Under the pieces are notes generated by a model. The model saw only the letters and a program-made list of their open reading frames with translations, had not been told where the DNA came from and did not search any database. Shown piece by piece: positions 47,178 to 58,209 of a stretch of DNA of 64,000 nucleotides (positions within the stretch are counted from its first letter, which is position 1; each line of letters starts with the position of its first letter). The position numbers were made by a program, and so were the translations under genes. The stretch covers positions 95,853-159,852 of the forward strand of contig CAWCOL010000011.1 of NCBI GenBank assembly GCA_963797175.1. The letters are read 5' to 3'. This stretch comes from an uncultured Actinomycetes bacterium (GTDB lineage: Bacteria; Actinomycetota; Thermoleophilia; Gaiellales; JAICJC01).

Positions 47178-48529
47178 CCCGCCATCAGCTCCCGCACGTC
47201 GGTCAGATGCCCGGTCACCGCGGCTGCCGCGGCCATCTCGGGAGAGAGCAGGTGCGTGCGGCCGCCCCGGCCCTGTCGGCCCTCGAAGTTGCGGTTCGAC
47301 GTCGAGGCGCAGCGCTGGCCCGGCTCCAGCACGTCCGGGTTCATCCCCAGGCACATCGAGCAGCCGGCGCCGCGCCACTCGAACCCGGCGGCGCGGAACA
47401 CCTCGTCCAGACCCTCAGCCTCAGCCTGAGCCTTAACCTGGGCGGATCCGGGGACGACCATCGCCCGCACGCCGCCCGCCACGGAACGGCCGCGCACGAC
47501 GCCGGCCGCCGCCCGCAGATCCTCGATCCTGCCGTTCGTGCACGAACCGAGGAAGACCCGGTCGATGGCGATCTCCTGCATCGGCGTGCCCGGCCGCAGG
47601 TCCATGTAGGCCAGCGCGCGCTCGTCGGTCTCGCCGGCCGGCTCGGGCACGGCGGCCGTGACCGGCACCACCTGGCCCGGGTTGGTGCCCCACGAGACCT
47701 GCGGGGCCAACGCCGCCACGTCCACGGTGACCGTGCGGTCGAACGAGGCGCCCTCGTCGGTGGCCAGCCCGCGCCACCCCTCGACGGCGGCGTCGAAGTC
47801 CTCGGGCAGGCCCGGCCTGCCCTCCAGGTACGCGTACGTCGTCTCGTCGGGCGCGATCATCCCGGCCCGGCCGCCGGCCTCGATCGACATGTTCGCGATC
47901 GTCATGCGGCCTTCCATCGAAAGCGCGCGCACCGCGGCGCCGGCGTACTCGATCACGTGCCCGGCCGCGCCGGCGGTGCCGATCTGGGCGATCGTGCCCA
48001 GGATCAGGTCCTTGGCGGTGCAGCCGACGCCCAGATCGCCCTCGTAGGCGACCAGCATCGTCCTCGGTCGGCTCTGCGGCAGCGTCTGCGTCGCCAGCAC
48101 GTGCTCGACCTCGCTGGTGCCGATGCCGAACGCCAACGCGCCGAACGCGCCGTGCGTGGACGTGTGGGAGTCGCCGCAGACGATCGTCATGCCCGGCTGG
48201 GTGACGCCCAACTCCGGCCCGATGACGTGCACGATGCCCTGCCGGGCATGCCCCAGCGGGTAGAGCGGCACGCCGAAGGCGGCGCAGTTGTCCACCAGGG
48301 CAGCGAGCTGCTGGCGGGAGAGCTCGTCAGGCCGTCCCGGCCCGGTCGCGACGTTGTGGTCCTCGGTCGCCAGCGTCCGGTCGGGGCGGCGCACCGGGCG
48401 CCCGGCCAGCCGGAGGCCCTCGAACGCCTGCGCGCTGGTCACCTCGTGCACCAGGTGCAGGTCGACGTAGAGCAGATCGTCGCCGATCGCGTGGGCACTC
48501 CACACCTTGTCGAACATCGTCCGCGGCAT
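47174..48529 (-). CDS. leuC: 3-isopropylmalate dehydratase large subunit
   Basis: [13 protein letters not shown]...[20 protein letters not shown] and GSCTNGR. Confidence 0.93.
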   Translation of the reverse strand: MPRTMFDKVWSAHAIGDDLLYVDLHLVHEVTSAQAFEGLRLAGRPVRRPDRTLATEDHNVATGPGRPDELSRQQLAALVDNCAAFGVPLYPLGHARQGIVHVIGPELGVTQPGMTIVCGDSHTSTHGAFGALAFGIGTSEVEHVLATQTLPQSRPRTMLVAYEGDLGVGCTAKDLILGTIAQIGTAGAAGHVIEYAGAAVRALSMEGRMTIANMSIEAGGRAGMIAPDETTYAYLEGRPGLPEDFDAAVEGWRGLATDEGASFDRTVTVDVAALAPQVSWGTNPGQVVPVTAAVPEPAGETDERALAYMDLRPGTPMQEIAIDRVFLGSCTNGRIEDLRAAAGVVRGRSVAGGVRAMVVPGSAQVKAQAEAEGLDEVFRAAGFEWRGAGCSMCLGMNPDVLEPGQRCASTSNRNFEGRQGRGGRTHLLSPEMAAAAAVTGHLTDVRELMAG

Positions 48530-48590
48530 GCCTCCGATTCTAGGCGAGCACCCGCCGGCGGCGGGCGGGGCGGCGGCTATGGTCCGATAG

Positions 48591-49754
48591 ATGAGCGACT
48601 CCCCCCACTTCCGCCAGCAGACGGGGGAGGAGCACAAGGCGACCTGGCTCGAGCTGTTCCTCGACCTGGTCTTCGTGTTCGCGGTCACCCAGCTCAGCCA
48701 CCTGCTGCTCGCGCACCTCACGTTCCACGGCGCGGCCCAGACGCTGTTCCTGCTGCTGGTCGTGTGGTGGGCGTGGATCTACACGGCCTGGATGACGAAC
48801 TGGTTCGACCCGGACGCGGTGCCCGTGCGCCTCGTCCTGCTCGGCGTGATGGCCGCCAGCCTGCTGATGTCGGTCGCGATCCCGCAGGCGTTCGGCGACC
48901 ACGGGATGCTGTTCGCCGCCGCCTACGTGGTGCTCCAGGTCTCGCGCAACGCGTTCAACGTGTGGGCAACAGGAGCCGGCACGCCGTTCCACCGCCTGTT
49001 CCTCCTGATCCTGGTCTGGAGCCTCGCGTCCAGCGTCTTCTGGATCGGCGGCGGCCTCGCGTCGGAGCGGCTGCGGGTGGTGCTGTGGGTTGCTGCGCTG
49101 GCGATCGACTACGCCGCTCCCACGCTGAGCTATCGCGTGCCGGGGCTGGGACGGTCGGGCAGCGCCGAGTGGGAGATCGAGGGCGCCCACTTCGCCGAGC
49201 GGTTCCAGCTCTTCATCATCATCGCCCTGGGCGAGTCGATCGTCGTCACCGGGGCGACCGCCTCCTCGCACGAGTTGTCCGCCGCGACGATGGCGGCACT
49301 GGCGTACGCCTTCGTAGTCACGGCGGCGCTCTGGTGGCTCTACTTCGACGAGGTCGGCTGGCGCGGCCAGCGCCGCCTGCGCCACTCCGAGGAGTCCGCG
49401 GCGCTCGCCCGCGACGCCTACACGTACCTGCACATCCCGATCGTCGCCGGCATCATCGTCGCCGCCGTGGGCAACGAGCTCGTGATCGCCCATCCCGACG
49501 ATGCGGCGGGCTGGGCGGGCACGGCGGTGATCGTGGGCGGCCCCGTCCTCTACCTGCTCGGCCACCTCGTCTTCCGGCTGCGCATGATCCACAACGTCAC
49601 CCGCAAGCGGGTCGCCGCGACGGCCGCGCTGGTCGCCGTCGCGCCGCTGGGCGCGATCTCCGACCTCGTCCTCGGTGCGGCCGTCGCCGCGATCCTGGTC
49701 GTGCTGGCCGTGGCGGAGACGCGCGGGCGCCTGGCCGCCGCCGCCGCGGCGTGA
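48591..49754 (+). CDS. LtrA (low-temperature-requirement A) family membrane protein
   Basis: [27 protein letters not shown] and [16 protein letters not shown]. Confidence 0.85.
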   Translation: MSDSPHFRQQTGEEHKATWLELFLDLVFVFAVTQLSHLLLAHLTFHGAAQTLFLLLVVWWAWIYTAWMTNWFDPDAVPVRLVLLGVMAASLLMSVAIPQAFGDHGMLFAAAYVVLQVSRNAFNVWATGAGTPFHRLFLLILVWSLASSVFWIGGGLASERLRVVLWVAALAIDYAAPTLSYRVPGLGRSGSAEWEIEGAHFAERFQLFIIIALGESIVVTGATASSHELSAATMAALAYAFVVTAALWWLYFDEVGWRGQRRLRHSEESAALARDAYTYLHIPIVAGIIVAAVGNELVIAHPDDAAGWAGTAVIVGGPVLYLLGHLVFRLRMIHNVTRKRVAATAALVAVAPLGAISDLVLGAAVAAILVVLAVAETRGRLAAAAAA

Positions 49755-49763
49755 GCGCCGCGT

Positions 49764-50504
49764 CCTGGCGTTGCGCGACAGGATCGCCGTCCACGGCCTC
49801 ACCGGCACCAGCCGCGTCGCCTTCATCAGCAGCATCATCGGCAGCGGGAAGACGATCTCGGCCTTCTCACGGGCGATGCCGTCGGCGATCCGCCGGGCCG
49901 CGTCGTCGGCCTCCAGCATGAACGGCATGCGGAAGGTGTTCGCCTCGGTCAGCCCGCTGCGGACGAAGGCGGGGCAGACGGTGATCGCCGTGATGCCCAG
50001 CGGCATCAGGTCGATGCGCAGCGACTCCAGCAGGTGGATCTCGGCGGCCTTGGTCGCGCCGTAGGCCTCGGAGCTGGGCCAGCCCCGGTAGCCGGCGACG
50101 CTGGCCACGCCGGCGATCACGCCACGCCGCCGGCGGCGCATGCCCGGCAGCACGGCCTCGATGCCGTGCACCATGCCCATCAGGTTCGTGTCCACGTGCC
50201 GGCGGAACACGGCCGAGTCCCAGGCCGTCACGTCCATCTGCTGCCAGACCCCGGCGTTCAGCACCGCCAGGTCGATGGGGCCGAGCTCCTGCTCGATCCG
50301 CGCCGCCGCGGCCAGCATCGCGTCGCGCTCGGAGACGTCGGCCGGCACGACCAGCATCCTCCCGCCGGCGATCTCGTCGAGCCGGTCGCGGCGGCGTGCC
50401 GAGATCGCCACCCGGGCGCCGCGCGCGGCGAGCTCGCGAGCCAGAGCCTCGCCGATGCCGCTCGACCCGCCGGTGATCCAGCAGACCGCGCCGTCGAACC
50501 TCAC
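49764..50504 (-). CDS. SDR-family oxidoreductase with an undefined 3' end (no in-frame stop until 48540)
   Basis: A GTG at 50504 overlaps the cfa TGA. Contains ITGGSSGIG, NAG and YGATKAA. The lower coordinate is only where SDR-like sequence fades. The frame then runs codon-aligned antisense through ltrA. Confidence 0.6.
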
Positions 50505-51694
50505 AGCCGCTCCAGGCGCAGCTGCGCGTCGCCGATCGCGCCGGTCCGGAAGCCCGCCTCGCAGTAGGCCAGGTACAGCTCCCACATGCGGATGAACCCA
50601 CGGCCGAAGCCCAGCCGCTGCACCTCGTCGGCCCGCTCGCCGAAACGCTCGCGCCAGTGCCGCAGCGTCTCGGCGTAGTGGTGCCCGATCTCCCGCTCGG
50701 CGGTCACGCGCAGCGCGGAGCTTCGCTCGAGGGCGTGGTCGAGCGCGTCGCGGGAGGGGATCAGCCCGCCCGGAAAGATGTACTTCTTGACCCAGGTGTA
50801 GGCGTGGCGGGTCGCCAGGTAGCGCTCGTGCGGCATCGTGATCGTCTGCAGGCCGACGGCGCCGGCCGGGTCGAGCAGCCCCTGGCAGCTCGCGAAGAAG
50901 GCGGGCCAGTACTCCTCGCCGACGGCCTCGAACATCTCGATCGACACGATCGCGTCGTAGCGGCCGCGCAGGTCGCGGTAGTCCGAGAGCACCACGTCGA
51001 CGCTGGCCTCGTGGCCCGCCTCGGCCACCCGCCGTCGGGCCAGCCCGGCCTGCGCGGCGGAGATGGTCGCGGTGGTCACCCGCGCGCCGCGCTCGGCGAG
51101 GTGTACCGCCATCCCGCCCCAGCCGGTGCCGATCTCGAGCACGTGCATGCCCGGCCGTACCGCCGCCATGTCGGCGACCAGGTCGTACTTCCGGCGCTGC
51201 GCGGCGGCCAGCGGATCGCCCGGCTCGAACACCGCGCAGGAGTACGTCATCGTCTCGTCCAGGAACAGCGCGAACAGCTCGTTGGACAGGTCGTAGTGGC
51301 GGGAGATGTTGCGCGCGGCGCCGTCCGGCGTGTTGCGCTCGTGGCCCGGCTCGCGGCGCTCGAACATGCGCCGGAAGCGGCGCAGCGCGGCGGGCACCAG
51401 GCCATTGAGGTCGGCGGCGAAGGCCGTCAGCACCCCCGCCAGGTCGTCCGAGCGCCACTCGCCGGCGATGTACGACTCGGCGAAGCCGATGTTGCCGTCG
51501 GCGGCGATGCGGTGGAAGAAGGCGCCGTCGATGATCGTCATCCGCGGCGCTCCGGGGCATTCGCGGAGCAGGGCGCCGTTGGGGCCGATCACCTCGATCG
51601 GGCCCAGCCGGTGCAGCGCGTGCTCGAACAGCGACCGGGCCACGCGGGCGCGGGCCGGCACGCGGCGGGCGGGAGGGACGACGGGCTCGCTCAT
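50501..51694 (-). CDS. cfa: Cyclopropane-fatty-acyl-phospholipid synthase family methyltransferase
   Basis: HYDLSNELFALFLDETMTYSCAVF, VLEIGTGWGG and IVSIEMFEAVG. The ATG at 51694 overlaps the upstream TGA. Confidence 0.88.
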   Translation of the reverse strand: MSEPVVPPARRVPARARVARSLFEHALHRLGPIEVIGPNGALLRECPGAPRMTIIDGAFFHRIAADGNIGFAESYIAGEWRSDDLAGVLTAFAADLNGLVPAALRRFRRMFERREPGHERNTPDGAARNISRHYDLSNELFALFLDETMTYSCAVFEPGDPLAAAQRRKYDLVADMAAVRPGMHVLEIGTGWGGMAVHLAERGARVTTATISAAQAGLARRRVAEAGHEASVDVVLSDYRDLRGRYDAIVSIEMFEAVGEEYWPAFFASCQGLLDPAGAVGLQTITMPHERYLATRHAYTWVKKYIFPGGLIPSRDALDHALERSSALRVTAEREIGHHYAETLRHWRERFGERADEVQRLGFGRGFIRMWELYLAYCEAGFRTGAIGDAQLRLERL

Positions 51695-52431
51695 CCCACG
51701 CCCTCCTGGCGGGGCCGCGCCGGCCGCCGCACGTGGGGTACGCCGCGCAGGTGCATGCGCACGCCGTGGAGGTGGATCAGCGCGGTCACGCGCAGCGTCA
51801 TCAGCGGGTAGCGGGCCGCCATCCGCGACAGCGCCCGCGGCGACAGCGGCACCCGGCGCCCGGTCAGCGACGCCTGGAAGACGCGGCCGCCGTCCTGGTG
51901 CAGCTCCATCTGGATGGAGAGCCGCTCGCCCGGCTCCGCCAGCGCCATCCGATAGCGCCCGTCCACGGTCAGGAAGGGCGAGACGTAGAACGCCTTGTCC
52001 GTCTCGCAGCGGCCGCGCTCGCCGGGGTGGAGGAGGTAGCAGTGGCGCTCGCCGGAGGTGTTGTGCACCTCGGCGACGACGCAGCGCAGCTCGCCGGCCG
52101 GCCCGTGGCACCAGAACACCGTCAGCGGGTTGAAGACGTAGCCGAGCACCCGGGCGTTGGTCAGCATCAGCGCCCGGCCGCCCTCGAGGTCGATCCCGTG
52201 CAGCGCCAGGAAGCCGTCCAGGTTGGCGCGGATCGAGCGGGCCGGGTCGCCGAGGTGGTCGCGGGAGCGGATCCCCGCGAACGGCCGCAGCCAGGCCGGC
52301 ATCCGCGGCAGCCGGTCGAGATCGACCAGCCACATGTAGACGCCGTGGCGGAACAGGTAGCGGGCGCCGGACGGGCGGGTGTGCATCACCTGCCCCTCGT
52401 ACAGAGCGGCGCCCCCGCTCACCATGCGCAC
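51691..52431 (-). CDS. DUF1365-family protein
   Basis: ALYEGQVMHTRP...YLFRHGVYMWLVDLDRL. Found in the usual cfa-cluster context. Start at GTG 52431 or ATG 52425. Confidence 0.75.
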   Translation of the reverse strand: MRMVSGGAALYEGQVMHTRPSGARYLFRHGVYMWLVDLDRLPRMPAWLRPFAGIRSRDHLGDPARSIRANLDGFLALHGIDLEGGRALMLTNARVLGYVFNPLTVFWCHGPAGELRCVVAEVHNTSGERHCYLLHPGERGRCETDKAFYVSPFLTVDGRYRMALAEPGERLSIQMELHQDGGRVFQASLTGRRVPLSPRALSRMAARYPLMTLRVTALIHLHGVRMHLRGVPHVRRPARPRQEGVG

Positions 52432-53678
52432 CCCAGCGCGAGCGCTGCGCGCAGCCCGGAGACGCAGCCGTCCTCGTGGAAGCCCCAGCCGTGGTAGGCG
52501 CCGCAGAACGCGGTGCGGCGGCGGCCGGACAGCGCGGGCAGCAGCCGCTGCGCGGCGAGCACGTCCCGCGTGTAGACCGGGTGCTCGTAGCTGAACCGGC
52601 GCAGCTCGGAGGCGGCCGCGATCCGGGCGGTCTGGTTGAGCGTCACGCAGTAGTCCACCGGCTCGTCGAGTGCCTGGAGCCGGTTCATGTGGTACGTGAC
52701 GTTCACCTCGGGGCGGCTGACCGAGCAGGCCTCCAGCAGGTAGTTCCAGGACGCACGGGCCCCGGCCGCGCGGGGCAGGATCGAGCCGTCCGTGTGCAGC
52801 ACCGTCTCGTTGACGGCATACGGGAACCGCGACAGGACGTTCCGCTCGCGCTCGTCGGCGTCGGCCAGCAGCGCCAGGGCCTGGTCGGCGTGGGTGGCGA
52901 TCACCACGGCGTCGAAGCGCCGCTCCGCGCCCGCGGCGTCGCCGACGACGACGCCGTCGGCGGTGCGCCGCACCATCACCACCGGCGTCTCGCCCAGCAC
53001 GTTGCCGCCGAGCCGGTCGAGGATGCGGCCGACGTACACCTGGCTGCCGCCGGTGACGGTGCGCCAGCTGGGGGCGTGCCTGACGGTCAGCATCCCGTGG
53101 TTGGCGAAGAAGCGGATCAGGTACCGGGCGGGGAAGTCGCGCATGCTGGAGGGGGACGACGACCAGATCGCGCTGGTCAGCGGCAGGATGAAGTGGCTGC
53201 GGCAGAAGTCCGAGTACCCACCCTGGTCGATGAACTCACCCAGGGAGAGGCCGTCCGCCGCCGGGTCGAGCAGCACGCGCCGGGCGTGGCGGTGGAAGCG
53301 CCGCACCTCGCCCAGCATCCGCAGGTAGCGGGGCCGGCCGAGGCTGCCCGCGCTGGCGACCACGCCGCGCAGGCCGCGCGCCCCGGCGTACTCCAGGCCG
53401 CAGTCGTCGCAGCGGACGCCGAACGACATGTCGCTCTCCTGCGTGGCCACCTCGAGCTCGTCGAACAGGCGGATCAGGTGCGGGTACGTGCGCCGGTTGT
53501 GCACGATGAAGCCGGTGTCCACGCCGACGGCGCCGTGGCGGCCCTCGACGGCCACCGTGTTGGAGTGGCCGCCGAACCGGCCGTCCCGCTCGTAGAGGGT
53601 GACCGCGTTGCCGCGCCGGGCGATGACGTGGGCGGCCGTCAGCCCGGAGATCCCGCTGCCCACCACCGCGACCCTCAT
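52419..53678 (-). CDS. FAD-dependent (amine oxidase-like) oxidoreductase
   Basis: MRVAVVGSGISGLTAAH...LYERDGRFGGH. Confidence 0.85.
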   Translation of the reverse strand: MRVAVVGSGISGLTAAHVIARRGNAVTLYERDGRFGGHSNTVAVEGRHGAVGVDTGFIVHNRRTYPHLIRLFDELEVATQESDMSFGVRCDDCGLEYAGARGLRGVVASAGSLGRPRYLRMLGEVRRFHRHARRVLLDPAADGLSLGEFIDQGGYSDFCRSHFILPLTSAIWSSSPSSMRDFPARYLIRFFANHGMLTVRHAPSWRTVTGGSQVYVGRILDRLGGNVLGETPVVMVRRTADGVVVGDAAGAERRFDAVVIATHADQALALLADADERERNVLSRFPYAVNETVLHTDGSILPRAAGARASWNYLLEACSVSRPEVNVTYHMNRLQALDEPVDYCVTLNQTARIAAASELRRFSYEHPVYTRDVLAAQRLLPALSGRRRTAFCGAYHGWGFHEDGCVSGLRAALALGCAW

Positions 53679-54025
53679 GTGCGGGCGTGGGGGAGGGTGG
53701 CCGCGCAGAGCCCGGCCCAGGCAAGCGCCACAGCGCCGATCGTGCGCCGGGCCCGGCGTGTCGGCAGCAGCGTGCCGAACGTCACGGCGTCGCCCAGGTC
53801 GAATGCGACGCGGAGCGCCACGGCGGTCGTCAGCGGGCGCCCCCGCGGGGCGGTCAGAATCAACGCGCCGGACGCGATGTCGCGCACGCCGACCAGGGTG
53901 GAGAGCAGCGTCGTCGCATCCCCCGCGGGCAGGTCGCCGTGCCGCCGGATGACGTCGGGGCGGGCGACGGCGGACACGCCGTAGAGCAGCGTCAGCGCGC
54001 CCATCGTCCGCGGCAGCAACGTCAC
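53675..54025 (-). CDS. Small hydrophobic hypothetical protein
   Basis: A GTG at 54025 overlaps the upstream TGA, and its own stop overlaps the oxidase ATG. About 3-4 hydrophobic segments. Confidence 0.5.
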   Translation of the reverse strand: MTLLPRTMGALTLLYGVSAVARPDVIRRHGDLPAGDATTLLSTLVGVRDIASGALILTAPRGRPLTTAVALRVAFDLGDAVTFGTLLPTRRARRTIGAVALAWAGLCAATLPHART

Positions 54026-54717
54026 AGGGAGATCCTCGCAGCCACTGCGGCCGGAGCGGACAACGCCGACGCGAGCTCGCCGTCCAGCGGCGCCAGCCCC
54101 AGCGTGCCGAGCGCGAACCGCCGCACCAGCGACGTCCACAGGGACGGCCGCTGGAGCATCGCGTGGCCGGCGCCGCGCACCTCGAACCGGCACAGCCGTC
54201 CCGCGACGCCCTGCGCCTGGAGCGTCCAGGCCAGCGAGCCGGCGGGGTCAGTCACCCGGTCGCCGTCGCCGTGGACGAGCATCAGGGTGCGCCCGGCGAC
54301 CTGCTCGATCGGCTCCGCCGGCGGCAGCCAGGGCGCCAGGGCGGCCACCGACACGACGCCCGGCGCGTCGGCCGCGCGCAGGCAGGCCCGGCCGCCCATC
54401 GAGTGGCCGACCAGGCACACCGGCACCTCGCCGAACCGCTCCCGCAGCCGATCGACCGCCCAGCGCACGTCGTGCACCGGGTCGCCGTCGTTGTAGCCCG
54501 CGACCCGATAGCGGAGCTGGGCGACCGCCAGCCCGGCCCGGCGCCCGCCGCGGCGCAGGCCGAACGTGAACGGGTACATGCGAAGCGCCGGGCGGCCCAC
54601 CCGCGAGCAGGGCGCCGTCGAGCGGGAGCGGCCGCCGTGTGTGACGAGGGCGACCGCCCGTGCCTCGCCGCGCGGGGCAAGCGTCAGCAGCGACGGCAAC
54701 GTGCCGGTCTCTGTCAC
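54022..54717 (-). CDS. Alpha/beta hydrolase
   Basis: Nucleophile elbow VGHSMGG and C-terminal GAGHAM. Confidence 0.75.
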   Translation of the reverse strand: MTETGTLPSLLTLAPRGEARAVALVTHGGRSRSTAPCSRVGRPALRMYPFTFGLRRGGRRAGLAVAQLRYRVAGYNDGDPVHDVRWAVDRLRERFGEVPVCLVGHSMGGRACLRAADAPGVVSVAALAPWLPPAEPIEQVAGRTLMLVHGDGDRVTDPAGSLAWTLQAQGVAGRLCRFEVRGAGHAMLQRPSLWTSLVRRFALGTLGLAPLDGELASALSAPAAVAARISL

Positions 54718-54848
54718 GAAGGGGAAGCGTATCCTGGCGACGGTCGGTGCGATGCCGGGTCTTCGTCGCGGACGCCCGGCTGGTTCGCTGCGCTCCCCCG
54801 TTTCGGGGGGTGGCGGAAGGCCGGGTCAGGCCGTACCCTCGAATCAGG

Positions 54849-55259
54849 ATGACCCCCGATCCCGACGCTCTGCGCGAGCTCTGTCCCGAGCCGCTGCTGC
54901 TCCCGGCGCTGATCGACGTCCACAGCGGCAATGCCGCGGGCGACGGCGCGATCCTGAGCATCGTGCGCGGCTTGATGGACTCGCCCCGCACCGACGCCGA
55001 GCGCGCCGGCGAGCGGCTCGCCGTCTTCGGCTGGCAGGTGGACGGGCCGGAAGGAACGCTGCGCTGGCTCTACCGCGTGGTCGGCGAGGAGACGGGCCGC
55101 GAGCATGCCTCGTTCACGTTGGTCGTGCCCTGGGCGCCCAGCGACCTGCCCTGCCGGTTGCTCGGCCTGCAGCTGCAGATCACCCTGAACGGCGTCGAAA
55201 ACGCCGCTGCCGAGGAGCTCGACGCCTACCTCGAGCTCGCTCAGGCCGCCCGCGGCTAA
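54849..55259 (+). CDS. Hypothetical protein (136 aa)
   Basis: ATG at 54849. GC3 bias is strong and the composition is protein-like. No motif was recognised. Confidence 0.55.
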   Translation: MTPDPDALRELCPEPLLLPALIDVHSGNAAGDGAILSIVRGLMDSPRTDAERAGERLAVFGWQVDGPEGTLRWLYRVVGEETGREHASFTLVVPWAPSDLPCRLLGLQLQITLNGVENAAAEELDAYLELAQAARG

Positions 55260-56665
55260 TTCTTCTCGGCGGCATCCGTCGCGAGATGGAACTCGAGCGA
55301 CCGCGAGACCGGGTCTGCCCGCACCAGCCGGACCGCCACGGGCTCGGCCAGCGGCGGCGCCGGATCGGCGTGCAGGCGCGCCCGCACCGGCGGGTCGTCG
55401 ATCTGGATGATCGTGCCGCGCGCGTCCGTCCCCAGCGGCACCGCCCGGAACACCTCGCCCACCCGCGTCTCCAGCAGGCGCGTCTCCATCAGGTCGATGA
55501 TCGCGCGCTCGACACGGCCCGACCGGGAGTCGCCCTCGGCCATCGCGTGGGGCAGCCCCTCCAGCTTCGCCCGGTCGCCGGCCCCGACCAGCAGATCGAG
55601 CACGTAGCGGTCCTGGAGCCGGCGGAGCGGCGCGGTGGCGTGCGCGTAGCGCGTGGCCAGCCCGGCGTGCTCCGATCCGGCCGGCGGCGCCCCGTCGAAG
55701 AACAGGTACGACGCGTGGCCCATCACGCCGCGCGCCTCCTGGAGCAGCGCCGCCTCCCGCGGCCGTGACGGGTCGAGCCGCGGGGCGAACGACCGGAACG
55801 GCTCGTCCGCGGGCCACGCGACGTCCAGCGCGGCCGCGGCCCGGCGCAGCTGCGCCACGCGGTAGTCGTCCACCCCACCCATCACCCGTAGCAGCCCCAT
55901 GCCGCCCCGCACCATCCGGTCGGCGGCCGTCATCCCCGCCAGCAGCGAGATCTCGGCGTTCCAGTCCTCGACCGGCAGCCGCGGCTCGAGCTCCAGCCGG
56001 TAGCCGCACGGTGAGGCCGCATCGGCCACGACCTCCTGGGCCGGCGCCTCCAGGCTGACGGCCCCGCGGGCCACGGCCAGCGCGCGCCGCAATGTCCCGA
56101 TCTGCTCCAGGCAGGGGATCGACCCGTCGCCGTACGCCAGCTTCTGCCGGCTGCGGACGGTCGCCCGCTCGACGCCCGCCGACCGGCGCTCGCCATGGGC
56201 GTCCAGCTCGATCGTGAACACGATCGCCGGCCGCAGCTCGCCGGGCAGGAGGCTGGCCGCGCCCTCGGACAGGGCCGTCGGGTAGAGCGGCGCCCGAACG
56301 TCCGGGCAGTAGACCGTGCACCCGCGCCGCCACGCCTCCTGCTCGAGCGCCGAGCCCGGCCGCACGAAGGCGCCGACGTCGGCGATCGCGTAGCGCACCC
56401 GAAAGCCGTCGCCGTCGCGCTCGAGGTGCATCGCCTGGTCGAGGTCCATGCTGCCCGGCGGGTCGATCGTGACGAACTCGACGCCGGTCAGGTCGGTGCG
56501 GCCCGCGCCGGACGGGTGCGCGGCGGCCGCCGCCTCGGCCTCGCGCTCGACCTCGTCGGGGAAGTCGACCGCAACGTCGAACTGCTCGCGGATGCGCGCG
56601 AAGTCCTCCCGCAGCGTCTGGGGCGGCGCGGACGGACGGTGGTAGACGGACGGGGCGGGCGTGCG
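55256..56665 (-). CDS. RNB-domain ribonuclease (RNase II/R family) with an unresolved start codon
   Basis: The listed ORF starts at M 56449, inside catalytic motif I (FVTIDPPGS-M-DLDQA). The frame is open and protein-like up to the ilvC TAG (56666-56668) but has no ATG, GTG or TTG. Confidence 0.7.
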   Translation of the reverse strand, partial: RTPAPSVYHRPSAPPQTLREDFARIREQFDVAVDFPDEVEREAEAAAAAHPSGAGRTDLTGVEFVTIDPPGSMDLDQAMHLERDGDGFRVRYAIADVGAFVRPGSALEQEAWRRGCTVYCPDVRAPLYPTALSEGAASLLPGELRPAIVFTIELDAHGERRSAGVERATVRSRQKLAYGDGSIPCLEQIGTLRRALAVARGAVSLEAPAQEVVADAASPCGYRLELEPRLPVEDWNAEISLLAGMTAADRMVRGGMGLLRVMGGVDDYRVAQLRRAAAALDVAWPADEPFRSFAPRLDPSRPREAALLQEARGVMGHASYLFFDGAPPAGSEHAGLATRYAHATAPLRRLQDRYVLDLLVGAGDRAKLEGLPHAMAEGDSRSGRVERAIIDLMETRLLETRVGEVFRAVPLGTDARGTIIQIDDPPVRARLHADPAPPLAEPVAVRLVRADPVSRSLEFHLATDAAEKN

Positions 56666-57684
<1,019 letters not shown>

Positions 57685-57685
<1 letters not shown>

Positions 57686-58209
57686 TAGGCCACCACCCTC
57701 ATTCGTTTTCGCGTTCCCAGCTCGCCGTCACGGTCGAGCGCGATCCGTCCTGTCCGCACGAGGTCGCGGATGCCGTAGGGCGCCAGCAGCTCCTCCAGCG
57801 CCTGCAGCCGGTCGGGCTGCGCGACGCACGAGAAGGTGATCGCCTCCGGCCCCACGTCCATCACCCGGGCCTCGAACACGTCCGCCAGCGCGATGATCTC
57901 GGCGCGCCGGTCAGGCGCGCTGGTCACCTTCACCAGCATCAGCTCGAGCTGCACCGCGGTGGCGCCCAGCTCCTGCACCTTGAGCACGTCGATCAGCTTG
58001 TAGAGCTGCTTGGTCACCTGGTCGACCGAGTGCTGCGCGCAGTCCACCCGGATCGTGATCCGGCTGCGGGTCGGATCCTCGGTGGGCCCGACCGCCAGCG
58101 ACTCGATGTTGAACCCGCGGCGGGCGAACAGCCCCGCGCAGCGGGTGAGGATGCCCGGCCGGTTGTGCACCAGGACGCTCAGCGTGTGCATGCTGCTGCG
58201 CTCGCTCAT
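57685..58209 (-). CDS. ilvN: Acetolactate synthase small (regulatory) subunit
   Basis: [34 protein letters not shown] is an ACT domain. The ATG overlaps the ilvB TGA. Confidence 0.93.

Noticed and set aside
54795-54809. Hairpin CCCCCG-ttt-CGGGGG in the divergent region between the alpha/beta hydrolase gene and the 136-aa gene, considered as a possible riboswitch or terminator.
   Set aside because: It is only a 6-bp stem with a 3-nt loop and has no U-tract or surrounding conserved structure that I can recognise. That is too little evidence for any specific element.
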